Source: Phoronis australis (Eukaryota > Animalia > Phoronida). Taken from it: a stretch of DNA of 64,000 nucleotides. The stretch lies in assembly GCA_002633005.1 (NCBI GenBank), contig NMRA01000459.1, positions 293,502 to 357,501 on the forward strand. The letters are read 5' to 3'. How positions within the stretch are numbered: the first letter of the stretch is position 1; every line of letters begins with the position of its first letter. Shown here one piece after another: positions 53,101-62,878 of the stretch. Made by a program: the position numbers and the translations under genes. The notes below the pieces were generated by a model. The model had not been told where the DNA came from, ran no database searches, and was given only the letters and a program-made list of their open reading frames with translations.

Positions 53101-55273
53101 GTAAGTGTTTTGTAGGGCGTTGTAACTGTTGTACTCCATTACTAGTTGTATTTGATGTGTTAAGGATTTAATTACGACTGACAGTAATTTGTGCACCACA
53201 AAAGAGAAAGCAGTTGGAAATAAAAAAACTGCTTTAAATGGAAGTCCAATTCATCTTTAACACATCAAAAATTCCTATATATCACCACAGTTATCACTGT
53301 ACACAGTGGAACAGAAATATTCTGCGATGTATTGAGCATGTGTTAATTCTAAGCAAAATGGTCTGCCTAAAATGAAAGCACCTAAAAAGGTGCGGACACA
53401 CATCATCCATAACAAAATGCTTAGTCTACAATCATGAAAGTACACGTCATATCAATACGGTAAGCCGCTTTATTCCATTTTTTTAAAATCACAAATCCTG
53501 TTTTTACTAGCCCCTCATGGAAAAGTGGAACATTATAAAAGCAATTCCTAACAGCATTTTGGTGAACAGTACACCAGGCGTTTTATGTGTTTATGTGGAA
53601 GTTTCATTTGAATGTGACTAACCATTTCTGAGATGTCATGTTCTGAAGTTAGCCAAATTTGAATATGTTTCTAAGGTGCTGTGTAACCTTAACTGGCTTA
53701 TGCTAGCAAACAGTGGCAAGCTTCTTAAGTTCACTCCCTTTTGGAGGCAGTGACTATGGAATTGTTTGATTATCAGCTGATAAATAAGTTACCAAATAAG
53801 TTTTTTAAGAATGCGCATGGCCAAATTTTGCTAAATAAGCTTTGCTATATTTGGGACAGGTGTAGAGTGATCAAATCTGTTCAAATATTGTAGGTTTTGA
53901 CTGTCTTGCTAGACATGTAGATCCTTCTTTAAACTGTTTCTGTCATTTGTTACATGTTGGGACTAAATAACTTCATTTAGATTATTTCCCATTGGTTGCT
54001 TCATGGTGACAAGCAAACAATAGAGTGACACCTAGTGGGATAAGTGTCCATCTACTTTACTCAAGATCGTGGGTTCGAGTCCCGTTGGGACACACTGCTT
54101 GACCCTTGAGTCAGGTCTCTAGCTTCTCACCTTGGTTTTAACTGCATATTAATAAAGCATAAAAATGGTTCCAGGTGATCAGTGCGACGGGCTCCCATGA
54201 GCGGCCTGCACACGTCCGGTACAATGTGTACCAGACTGCTTGCATTTATTTTTATTTTAAGATGTGATTGATGATTTCAAACTGTCTACATGTTAATCTA
54301 GGCAAGCCTTACGTGAGAAAACTTTCAAAATATATCACACATCCTCAGTGTCAGAATGATGTAATGATGAGGATGAACGCCTTATTGATGTATTAAACCT
54401 GTCGATTAATAAATCAGTGAAAAAACACGTGTGGTAATGAATAATAAATAATGCCATCCTTCAAATTTGTTATTTCAGGTTACCATTCATCAATACAGCA
54501 AGGTCAAGCTCAGCGGGAGGCAAGTTCTACTTCTGGTTATTCAGACGACAAGTTGAAAATTCAGACTAGTTTGTCTCAACCTTCCCTACACCCCGGGCAG
54601 GTGTCAACGGGACCTTCAACATCTTCAAAGGTAGCCAGAGTTAGAGTTTAATGACTACATGATATCTGAGATTCTTGTTAATTATCACTGTTCAATTATT
54701 TGGTCTGGGACCAATTTTTTATTACTACAAGCTGCTAAAACTGAGGGCTTCAGTGTCTCGCGAAAATTTCTGAAATCCTATTTTGAAAGCTTCTTTTGCA
54801 GGATAAATAGGCCTTAACACCTCTTTCCAGATATCCATTCCTAACTCATAGAATGCAGAAAGACAACTGATAAATTTTGTGCAAACATTTGACGTCTACG
54901 GAATTTATGGTGAACTCAGTGAACACGCAATTTTGATGAAACGAGATGAATACACCTGGTATCAAATTAAGGCAAATGACACATTTCTTGTGTTCGGCAT
55001 CCGTAGAGGTACACGGCTGGTGACCTCATCCGTTAAATGCACTTAAAATGTTCATCTACTTCCTGCATTACCTCTTAGCTTTATTTCCAAAGTTTCAGTC
55101 TGCTGCGGCTGAAGTCATGCGTTCAAACCCATCTTGGATTGATCTCCTATCCACAATATTGTCACTGACAGTGACCGTTCAAGTTATGGAATTGTCCCAT
55201 CTGTTTTCAGGGTGTGTTTCCTAGCCAGTCTCCCTCAAGACACAGTTACACACAGCAAAACCGGTTCTATTAG
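44040..55273 (+). CDS. GPS2: G protein pathway suppressor 2 (NCoR/SMRT-HDAC3 corepressor subunit), 8 coding exons, about 340 aa
   Basis: Spliced by hand: 44040-44133, 47094-47200, 48666-48784, 49832-49985, 51080-51206, 52720-52926, 54479-54630, 55211-55273. Total 1023 nt; all introns GT-AG with matching phases. N-terminus MPALIERPKMTRAMYQALKRHIMAERERKKQ, coiled coil LEQTKEQIAELTSKLESLKSKKHELFSELKKVLHQDE and C-terminus QNRFY* resemble vertebrate GPS2 (MPALLERPKL..., ...PRFYHK). Confidence 0.95.
44588..46320 (-). mobile_element. HINE-like element in GPS2 intron with trimeric higher-order tandem array
   Basis: Minus-strand 5' end AACAAGAG-CAACCCGGAGCGTTG-AAATGCCTCCACG. The 3' end repeats AAATGCGTCCACG within the hairpin ATGCG...CGCAT. 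A GTCC/GTCT microsatellite lies near the 3' end; monomers of about 145 bp form units of about 445 bp. Confidence 0.75.
46938..47076. repeat. Three-copy 53-56-bp tandem repeat abutting the GPS2 exon 2 acceptor
   Basis: Identical core AGTACAGGGTTGTCATG at 46948, 47001 and 47057. Confidence 0.9.
47094..47200 (+). CDS. GPS2: GPS2 coding exon 2
   Basis: Acceptor ttccgtag; (A)EEEADAELERQRQEEEIKRKKEEEHSLTLEQTKEQ; phase-0 donor gtactt. Confidence 0.95.
47486..47713. repeat. 20-bp minisatellite (consensus about CAAGCTTGAATAATATTGGC), about 11 copies
   Basis: Directly visible 20-bp periodicity. Confidence 0.9.
48666..48784 (+). CDS. GPS2: GPS2 coding exon 3
   Basis: Acceptor tttcag; IAELTSKLESLKSKKHELFSELKKVLHQDEESRKRKEQQ; phase-2 donor gtaggt. 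Confidence 0.95.
49832..49985 (+). CDS. GPS2: GPS2 coding exon 4
   Basis: Acceptor ttccag; (N)EVMIQHQFAQTSGLTTSSGHPAMYYQGNQTLSGRPAMFKPSPQVQASNVIP; phase-0 donor gtaagt; phases fit both neighbouring exons. Confidence 0.85.
50395..50566. repeat. About 22-bp minisatellite (consensus about GAACAGCTCACTGTGTAGAATT), about 8 copies
   Basis: Directly visible periodicity. Confidence 0.85.
51080..51206 (+). CDS. GPS2: GPS2 coding exon 5
   Basis: Acceptor ctttttcag; GMKRQRSPSPPPTSVYSQFGAGDAKYSYSASKPQHGPFHDSQ; phase-1 donor gtaacc. Confidence 0.85.
52720..52926 (+). CDS. GPS2: GPS2 coding exon 6
   Basis: Acceptor catcttcag; (K)GSSYAQSMSTYSNRSSYPSSVGLPAGKYNPPNQSAFTSYPTHYAQQQKQVPEPHQYHKPTSFQLPRQP; phase-1 donor gtgagt. 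Confidence 0.85.
54023..54260 (+). mobile_element. tRNA-derived SINE
   Basis: A-box-like CCTAGTGGGATAAG (54031), B-box GGTTCGAGTCC (54072-54082), CCCTTGAG core-like motif and a T/A-rich tail. No full tRNA cloverleaf. Confidence 0.65.
54479..54630 (+). CDS. GPS2: GPS2 coding exon 7
   Basis: Acceptor tatttcag; (S)YHSSIQQGQAQREASSTSGYSDDKLKIQTSLSQPSLHPGQVSTGPSTSSK; phase-0 donor gtagcc. An in-frame alternative donor cag|gtgtca at 54600 is possible. Confidence 0.8.
55211..55273 (+). CDS. GPS2: GPS2 terminal coding exon
   Basis: Acceptor ctgttttcag; GVFPSQSPSRHSYTQQNRFY then TAG; the RFY end resembles the GPS2 C-terminus. Confidence 0.88.
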   Translation, partial: GVFPSQSPSRHSYTQQNRFY

Positions 55274-55317
55274 CTGGAGATTCAGCAGTCGCCTATTTTC
55301 TGGCAATAGGTCCCCAG

Positions 55318-57419
55318 AAACTGCATAAACTGTGGAAAACCAGCGGGATTTCAGGCGGTCTATTGGCCATGTTGTACTCGAACTAAAATTTGGAGCAAAA
55401 CCTTTCAAATCTTGTCTGACAGGGAGATGAATTTGAATACTTTGTCATGTGGTCAGGCCAAAAACTAGCATAACTGGACCTGATCTCAGCTTTTCTTCAA
55501 AATGTAGACAGTATTTTTAATTGTCGTTATTTTAAAAAAGAAAAAGGCACCTGGTGCCAGCTGAAATGGGTCCGAATGCTCCTTTGTTATCCAACGACAC
55601 CTTGTGTCAACTTTGTGACAAAGGTTTCAAACTGGGCGTAAACTCCAGCCAATTCTGCTGTTACATGGTATTAGGTGGTGGTATACAGAGTACTTAAAAT
55701 GAACAATCTACTACATGTACATTGTATGTAGGCGAGTGACATCAGATGTTAGAATGTGCACCTGTCGTTTACACAAATGTTTCAAAGGCTGTCCCATAGG
55801 GAATAGTGTGAAAGTCAGATGACTAACTCTTGAAGAGTATTAAAAAATACTGTAATGTGTAATATTATTAAATGTTGTGTAATGGTATGAAAGTTGTTGT
55901 TTGACTAAAAATAAAGCCATACAAGTATGTAAGTGTCCTGCTTTGTTGGGTCTGAAGGGGGGTATGGGGACGTATTTTGTAGTCTGGTAATATCTCCTCA
56001 ATTTGGCATAAAGAAATTGATTTGACAAGAGAAATTTTATATTCTAATTTTTCAGGAAAGATATAAAGTGCAAAATTAATGTTTTATGATGTTCAAGTTA
56101 TGTGCCATACCCAGACAACGTTTTTAAAAGTTATTGACCTTACTGCCAATGTTAGGAAACCCTGAAAATTGCAAACGGTTCAATTTTGGCAATTTGTTGA
56201 GAATTTTTACTGAACAGTTCAGTTGAACTCTGCACAGTTTGTGTTGCATTAGGTGTCATCTCATGATTATAGTATCATTACTGTGCATTGGTCAGAATTT
56301 GGCCATCCAAGAAACTCATTTAGTTTTTCTTACTAACTTGAAAGTCTACCATGGGGCTGTTCATACGGTAATCAGCTCTTACCATGGGAATTGTTCCTAA
56401 AACATAAATTACTGATTTCAATATATAGTAATATTGCATGTTCTTAATTTCGGAGTGTGAAAATTGTTTTGATTTTGAAACCAATGAAAGTATTCTGTGA
56501 TAAAGGGATGCAAATTAACGACGTTTAAGGTAATGGGAATCCTTTTACATAGTTTGTAGTGGAGCACCTTATTGAGTATGTTTCTGAAGATGAACAGTTC
56601 TGCTGCTTCATTCATTTCAGTGGAACTACAATTCTTACATATCACGATCGCGGGAACAAGTGTTCACTCGCACTATGTTGTTCTGCCGAATAAGCTTTGT
56701 TGTTCAATATTCTAATGTTTAGTAAAGGCGTATTTGCCAGTAATATGACGCGAGTTGAACCCACGAATTGGCATAGTAATGGACAGTAACAATACATTTT
56801 CGAAAATTTTGCAGGTCTTTCATTTTTTTCCGATTCAGGTAACCAGGGGGGCAATTTAGTACATGAAGTTTTACAAAATTATGTGTTCGGATTAATCAGT
56901 GTTGTCCGATTTCATTCATTATATGTTCCCAGAGCCATTCTCTTGCATGATCATCAAGGTGACGTCACCACCCGTGCCTTCGTTTTGATGATAGCTGGCA
57001 AATTTGCATTCAGAGTAAAAAGCTGGGGGATAGGTAAACAACTAACGTGACTAATTAATCCGGCTGAGGCTTGTTATCTGAAAACTAAATTTAATTGGCA
57101 ACTCATTGTTAAACGGCTTCGTGATAACGGGTGTATGATTTTAATTTCATTTGCTGTAGCCTAAGCCTTAAATTAACTTTAAAATTCATGCATTCAAATG
57201 CCATGTGATTATTATAGGCAGGCGACATCTTCAAAAAACCCAATACTTAGGAGGTGATCGACGATCGCCTCCAAGTTCAATGTAATAACTCATCTGCACC
57301 AAAATCTGATGCCAACTTTCTCAATAAGCCCAACTTGTGTAGGCGGGCAGTAAAAAAGATCTGTCGCCCAGAAAAACACGTGCCGCGTGCTGGCCTGGAG
57401 TGAAAGTCATCCCCGTAAA
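55318..57419 (+). repeat. Copy 1 of a 2.1-kb direct duplication (GPS2 3' UTR/downstream region)
   Basis: Colinear and highly similar to 58073-60183, with scattered SNPs and small indels. Confidence 0.95.
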
Positions 57420-57424
57420 CTTAA

Positions 57425-58071
57425 AGTGTACACAACATGACTCTGGTACCTCAAAATAAATTTTATTATTATATCTTACTTGATTTCAGTGCCTTTAGTG
57501 CACAGCTCATAAAGAAACACGCAAAAAATGAAAAAAATAATAATTATGTACAACGTCATGGGTTGAACCCAAGTCGTTCGTCATACTGTTCGGATCAGAG
57601 ACAAAGTGTATAGAGTGAAGAGAAAGCAAAGTACATTTAGCGTCGAGAAGGTTCTTAGGTTGATCAAAAGATGTGTTTCCGGAGGTTGCTGCAACAGCAG
57701 CCAGGCGGAGAACGTCTCGGTGTTCCGAAGGACACCAAAGTTGCGCAGAAGTGGCATCGCTTCGTGCGCCGAACTAAAGTGTGGGACGTCATCGTGGACC
57801 AAGCGATTCGGTCCGGGGCCACTCTGTGTTCTGCCCACTTTGCGGAGGACTCGTGTTTCGACTCCAGTCACAGGAGACGTTACGATGAAGGCCTGGATCA
57901 ATAAAGGACAATATTTATCATTCAGAAACATCAGCTGTTAATTCAGGATCGTCTGTGATGACTGAGTTGACTCGCTGAGCCCGAGGCCGCTTCTCTCGCG
58001 GGAGGATCCAGTTCGTAAGGCTCAAAGTAGAAAAGTAAGCAGCCGGAAGCACATTAAACTTGTTCTCGCTT
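57425..58071 (+). mobile_element. THAP-domain-bearing DNA transposon fragment (Kolobok-like), truncated at an assembly N
   Basis: Starts after TTAA (57421-57424) with AG. Carries a frameshifted THAP domain and is absent at the equivalent site of the duplicated copy (about 60185). Confidence 0.55.
57660..57870 (+). pseudogene. Frameshifted THAP (C2CH) zinc-finger coding remnant
   Basis: KRCVSGGCCNS..ENVSVF / frameshift / PKDTKVAQKWHRFVRRTKVW...ATLCSAHFAEDSCF. This shows the THAP hallmarks C-x4-C, PKD...W..F and LCS.HF. Confidence 0.8.
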
Positions 58072-58072
58072 N

Positions 58073-60183
58073 AAACTGCATAAACTGTGGAAAACCAGCG
58101 GGATTTCAGGCGGTCTATTGGCCATGTTGTACTCGAACTAAAATTTGGAGCAAAACTTCAAATCTTGTCTGACAGGGAGATGAATCTGAATAATTTGTCA
58201 CGTGGTCAGGCCAAAAACTAGCATAACTGGACCTGGTCTCAGCTTTTGTTTCAAAATTTAGACAGTATTTTTAATTGTCGTTATTTTAAAAAAGAAAAAG
58301 GCACCTGGTGCCAGCTGAAATGGATCCGAATGCTCCTTTCTTATCCAACTGCACCTTGTGTCAACTTTGTGACAAAGGTTTCAAACTCGGCGTAAACTCC
58401 AGCCAATTCTGCTGTTACATGGTATTAGGTGGTGGTATACAGAGTACTTAAAATGAACAATCTACTATATTGCATGTAGGCGAGTGACATCAGATGTTAG
58501 AGTGTGCACTTGTGGTCTACATAAATGTTTCAAAGACTGTCCGATATAGGGAATAGTGTGAAAGTCAGATGACTAATTCTTGAAGAGTATTAAAAAATAC
58601 ATTTTATGTGTAATATTATTAAATGTTATGTAATGGTATGAGAGTTGTTGTTTGACTAAAAAATAAAGCCATACACGTATGTAAGTGTCCTGCTTTGTTG
58701 GGTATGAAGAGGGGTATGGGGACGTATTTATATTATAGTCTGGTAATATCTCCAGAATTTGGCGTATAGAAATTGATTTGACAAGTGAAATTTTATTTTC
58801 TAATTTTTCAGGAAAGATATGTAGTGCAAAATTAATGTTTTATGATGTTCAAGTTATGTGTCATACCCAGACAACGTTTTTAAAAATTACTGAGCTTACT
58901 GCCAATGTTAGGAAACCCTGAGAATTGCAAAAGTTTCAATTTTGGCAATTTGTTGAGAACTTTTACTGAACAGTTCAGTTGAACTCTGCACAGTTTGTGT
59001 TGCATTAGGTGCCATCTCATGATTTTAGTATCATTACTGTGCATTGGTCAGAATTTGGCCATCCAAGAAACTCATTTAGTTTTTCTTACTAACTTGAAAG
59101 TATACCATCTGGTTGTTCATTCGGTAATCAGCTCTTACCATGGGAATTGTTCCTAAAACATAAATTACTGATTTCATTATATAGTAATATTGCATTTTTC
59201 TTAATTTTGGAGTTTGAAAATTGTGATTTTGAAACCAATGAAAGTATTCTGTGATAAAGGAATGCAACTTAGCGACGTTTAAGGTAATGGAAACCCTTTT
59301 AATTTGTAGTGGAGCACCTTATTGAGTATGTTTCTGAAGATGAACAGTTCTGCTGCTTCAGTCATTTCAGTGGAACTACAGTTCTTACATATCACGATCG
59401 CGGGAACAAGTGTTCACTCTCACTATGTTGTTCTGGCGAATAAGTTTTGTTGTTCAATATTCTAATGTTTAGTAATGACGTATTTGCCAGTAATATGACG
59501 CGAGTTGAACCCACTAATTGGCATAGTAAATGCACAGTAACATTACATTTTCGAAAATTTTGCCGGTCTTTCATTTTTCCGATTCAGGTAACCACGGGGG
59601 CAATTTAGTACATGAAGTTTTACAAAATTATGTGTTCGGATTAATCAGTGTTGTCCGGTTTCATCCGTTGTATTTTCACAGAGAGTTTAGGATGAGCCAT
59701 TCTCATGCATGATCATCAAGGTGATATCACCACCTGTGCCTTCGTTTTGATGATAACTGGCAAATTTGCATTCTGAGTAAAAAGCTGGGGGATATGTAAA
59801 CAACTAACGTGACTAATTAATCCGGCTGAGGCTTGTTATCTGATAACTAAATTTAATTGGCAACTTAAACGGCTTCGTGATAACGGGTGTATGATTTAAT
59901 TTCATTTGCTGTAGCCTAAGCCTAAACTTAATTGATGCATTCAAAAGCCATGTGATTATTATAGGCAGGCGACATCTTCAAAAAAACAAATACTTAGGAG
60001 GTGATCGACGATCGCCGCTAAGTTCAATGTAATAACTCATCTTGCTCGTGTGAAAACTGCACCAAAATCTGATGCCAACTTTCTCAATAAGCCCAACGTG
60101 TGTGTAGGTGGGCGGTAAAAAAGATCTCCGCCCAGAAAAACACGTGCCACGTGCTGCACTGTAGTGAATGTCATCCCCGTAAA
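58073..60183 (+). repeat. Copy 2 of the 2.1-kb duplication; probable alternative haplotype
   Basis: Starts immediately after the single N at 58072 with AAACTGCATAAACTGTGG, identical to 55318. Confidence 0.95.
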
Positions 60184-60297
60184 GGCATAAAGAATTCCTC
60201 TACTGGCAGTGACATAAAAAACACGTGGCACGTGCTGAACTCTAGTGAATGTCAATCTCGTTAAAGGCGTAAAGAGCTCCTCAACTGGCAATGATAT
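60136..60297. repeat. Two-copy tandem repeat of about 81 bp
   Basis: AAAAACACGTGSCACGTGCTG...TAGTGAATGTCA...CTGGCARTGAYATA occurs twice. Confidence 0.8.
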
Positions 60298-61715
60298 AAT
60301 GAAAGACGCAGTTTTGCAATGTTCAGTTATCTTGTTAGCAACATTCTCCTTCGGACGCGTTGGTAAGGTAACTGCACATGTAAATCTAGATAATAAGACA
60401 TTAGTCTTTACTTTCTGATAACCGGGAATGTTCTCATAAGAACCATGTTGATCTAGATGCAATACAGTTCTTGACGTCGACGTTGCGTAGACATAACTTT
60501 GTCATAAGTAACCGAACAATAGACCTACTTTGTAATTCTGCTCAGGATTTTTATTTAAGAAGTTATGAGGTGCAGAATGTGCCCGGTGCTAACTCATTGA
60601 TTTGGTTGCATAGCAACCTTCCGGCCACATGCATCTTCGTCAACAGAAATCATGCAGAGCGTTTTAATGTATACTATTGACTATTTTTGAATACCTCCGA
60701 TAATTATGCCAACAGTGGTCGTACGTGCTCGCTAACTCGACTATCCTTGACCAGCGCCAAGTGATTGTTTGTCCTCCAAAATGGCGCACTTTCGGTTACT
60801 GATGAGATCAACTGATTACAGAGCTCGGCACCTAGCTAACGCCAATAAGTCACATGTGGGGACTTGACGAAAATCCCAGGTCGTCAAACGAAATCTGAGG
60901 TCTCTAAAACTGAAGACAAATCGTGGACTAATGTAAAAAAAGAAAAAAAGGGTCGTGCCGTTCTCAATTCTCGGAAAATTACGCACATCAATTTCTTTCC
61001 GTGAATATGCACCATTCACTTCAATTCCTGATAACGAGGAATGCAGACGATCGCATACACTGTCACTAGTAGCGCATGTTTCGTGGTCCGATCTTGCCCC
61101 AATGCAAACAATTCCGACTTCAGTCTGATTACTTCCTGTGCATGAGTGTAATTTAAGCGCGTTTGATGTTTGCTGGCTGTTGAGGGTGGCAAATGCACTG
61201 ATTTCGCAAAATAAACGGAACTCTTGCTGTTACTAAATTTTTATTTCCGTTCACAAATTAATACGCGTGGTCTACCAGAGGCCTCGCTGCTGAAGAAAAC
61301 CGCAAGATCGATTTTAAAAATTCGAAGTCGCTGTTCGGATTTACTTTTCAACTTTAAAAATCAATCATGTCGGTCGTTTGCCTTACTTTTTCTTTTTTTT
61401 TGTTTTTTTTTTCGTACGCTTAACGGGCACCTTAGTTTACGACCACAGTCGTCTCATCCAACACAAAGTCTGCCTTGCTGATTTCAATTTGTGACGACAC
61501 CATCAAGCTTTTGATGTGCCTAAGAATTCGCTGGATTCTCTGGGGATGAACAGTGCAGACTTTCTTGTCCACTTGCGTGCTAATCATTTTAGTGTCAGTG
61601 TTGTCTAATGAGTAATCTTATGGCGTACATGTATTATTGTCCTCAGTGTCCTGAAATGGCACAGCATCACTCTCATCCAAAGGTATTTGTTCACACTGCA
61701 AGCTCTTGTCATGTG

Positions 61716-61962
61716 CATGCGCGCACCCGGGGGGGGGGGCTCGAAGGAGCCCCCCATTTGGCCAAGTGGACAAAAAGGTCCGCCTCAGAGAAACGAGAAG
61801 TCCGACAAAACGAGACAAAAAGTCCACTAAACAGGCGCATACGCACAATTCGCAGCTTTGGACGTGGTACTCCGTTTTTTTTTTAGTCCTTCGTCTGCTT
61901 TTGTCGGTAAAGACATCGAGGGAAATCCGAGCCCCCCATATTAAAGGCTGGGTGCGCGCGTG
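61716..61962. mobile_element. MITE family A, copy 4
   Basis: CATGCGCGCACCC...GGGTGCGCGCGTG; flanks ATGTG/ATGTA. Confidence 0.75.
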
Positions 61963-62024
61963 ATGTATAAGTCACAATCTCATATTCTTTTTAATACATA
62001 CTGTATGAGTAGTTTGTCATTACA

Positions 62025-62121
62025 ATGCAGAAGAAATTGTATTATAGCATTTTGGGCTGCAATCCTGGCGCCAATACATGGGCAAAGTGGCAAACGCCAT
62101 TGGCTTTCTTTTAATTATCAG
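62025..62121 (+). CDS. Candidate signal-peptide exon of the Ly6/uPAR gene
   Basis: ATG at 62025, MQKKLYYSILGCNPGANTWAKWQTPLAFFLII, phase-1 donor gtgagc, in frame with the next exon (60-nt intron). An alternative frame from ATG 62005 (…CIIAFWAAILAPIHGQ, weak donor) is also possible. Confidence 0.45.
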
Positions 62122-62181
62122 TGAGCTTAGGAGGGGATGGTTTTTGAAAAATTAGTGAAACCGAATGTATGTTGTTTTCAG

Positions 62182-62298
62182 TTGGCATCGAGTGTTTCGT
62201 CTGCTTCTCCAACTGCTCTTACTGGGATCCTAATGAGAGATCACAAGATGTCGTAGCCAGCTGTTCGTCAGGTTACTGCATGGTCATTAAGCAAAAGG
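62182..62298 (+). CDS. Ly6/uPAR (three-finger, quiver-like) protein, LU-domain exon 1
   Basis: Acceptor gttgttttcag; GIECFVCFSNCSYWDPNERSQDVVASCSSGYCMVIKQK (Cys1-5, IxCxxC start); phase-1 donor gtgagg. Confidence 0.8.
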
Positions 62299-62576
62299 GT
62301 GAGGACGCCGTAGTTTATGATTCCTCATCAGATTAATGGTTATCAATTGCTTTAATTTTTTATAATGAGCATGTTTGGGAAAGTTGCTGATATTCGCCAT
62401 ATCTTCACATAACTCCAATGATGGTCTTACTTGCAGTATACCTAACGTCAGTTGTGGGCACTGGTGGTTTTCGGACTTCGACTTCAGAAGCGCTAAAATT
62501 CTTAAGTCAAGTATTTGGCGTATAACAGCGGCTGAAAATGTACATAACATTCTGTTCTAATTCGAAGTTGTTTTAG

Positions 62577-62878
62577 GTGCGATCAAATTGAGAAGCTGTG
62601 GTCTATTATCTTACAAGAACCGCCTGCTCCCAGCTCCAAAGTGCTTTCAAGAAGAAGAGAGAGAGATTGTGAAAGGTCTGCGTGTACCGGCCGCCCTTTT
62701 TTGCTCATGTGACAAACCTCTTTGCAATAACAAAAACAGCGACTCTTATAATTCTTTACCAGTCCAAGCGGCCAAATCTAGAAATTGTGCAAAATGGTAC
62801 CGTTGCGACACCAAGATTTTTCTAATTGGTTTTGTTTCAAATTATTTCTTAGTGTTGTTAAGACAATTTGTAAGATGA
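62577..62878 (+). CDS. Ly6/uPAR (quiver-like) protein, terminal exon with GPI-signal-like tail
   Basis: Acceptor ttgttttag, phase matches the previous exon; (G)AIKLRSCG...PKCFQ...LFCSCDKPLCN (Cys6-10, CxCxxxLCN end), followed by the hydrophobic tail IFLIGFVSNYFLVLLRQFVR*. Confidence 0.8.

Noticed and set aside
54023-54095. tRNA gene
   Set aside because: A and B boxes are present, but there are no consistent acceptor or anticodon stems and it continues into a SINE-like body.
61608-61682. Alternative first exon for the Ly6 gene (donor aag|gtattt)
   Set aside because: The open frames end in phase 0 or 2, which is incompatible with the phase-1 acceptor at 62182.
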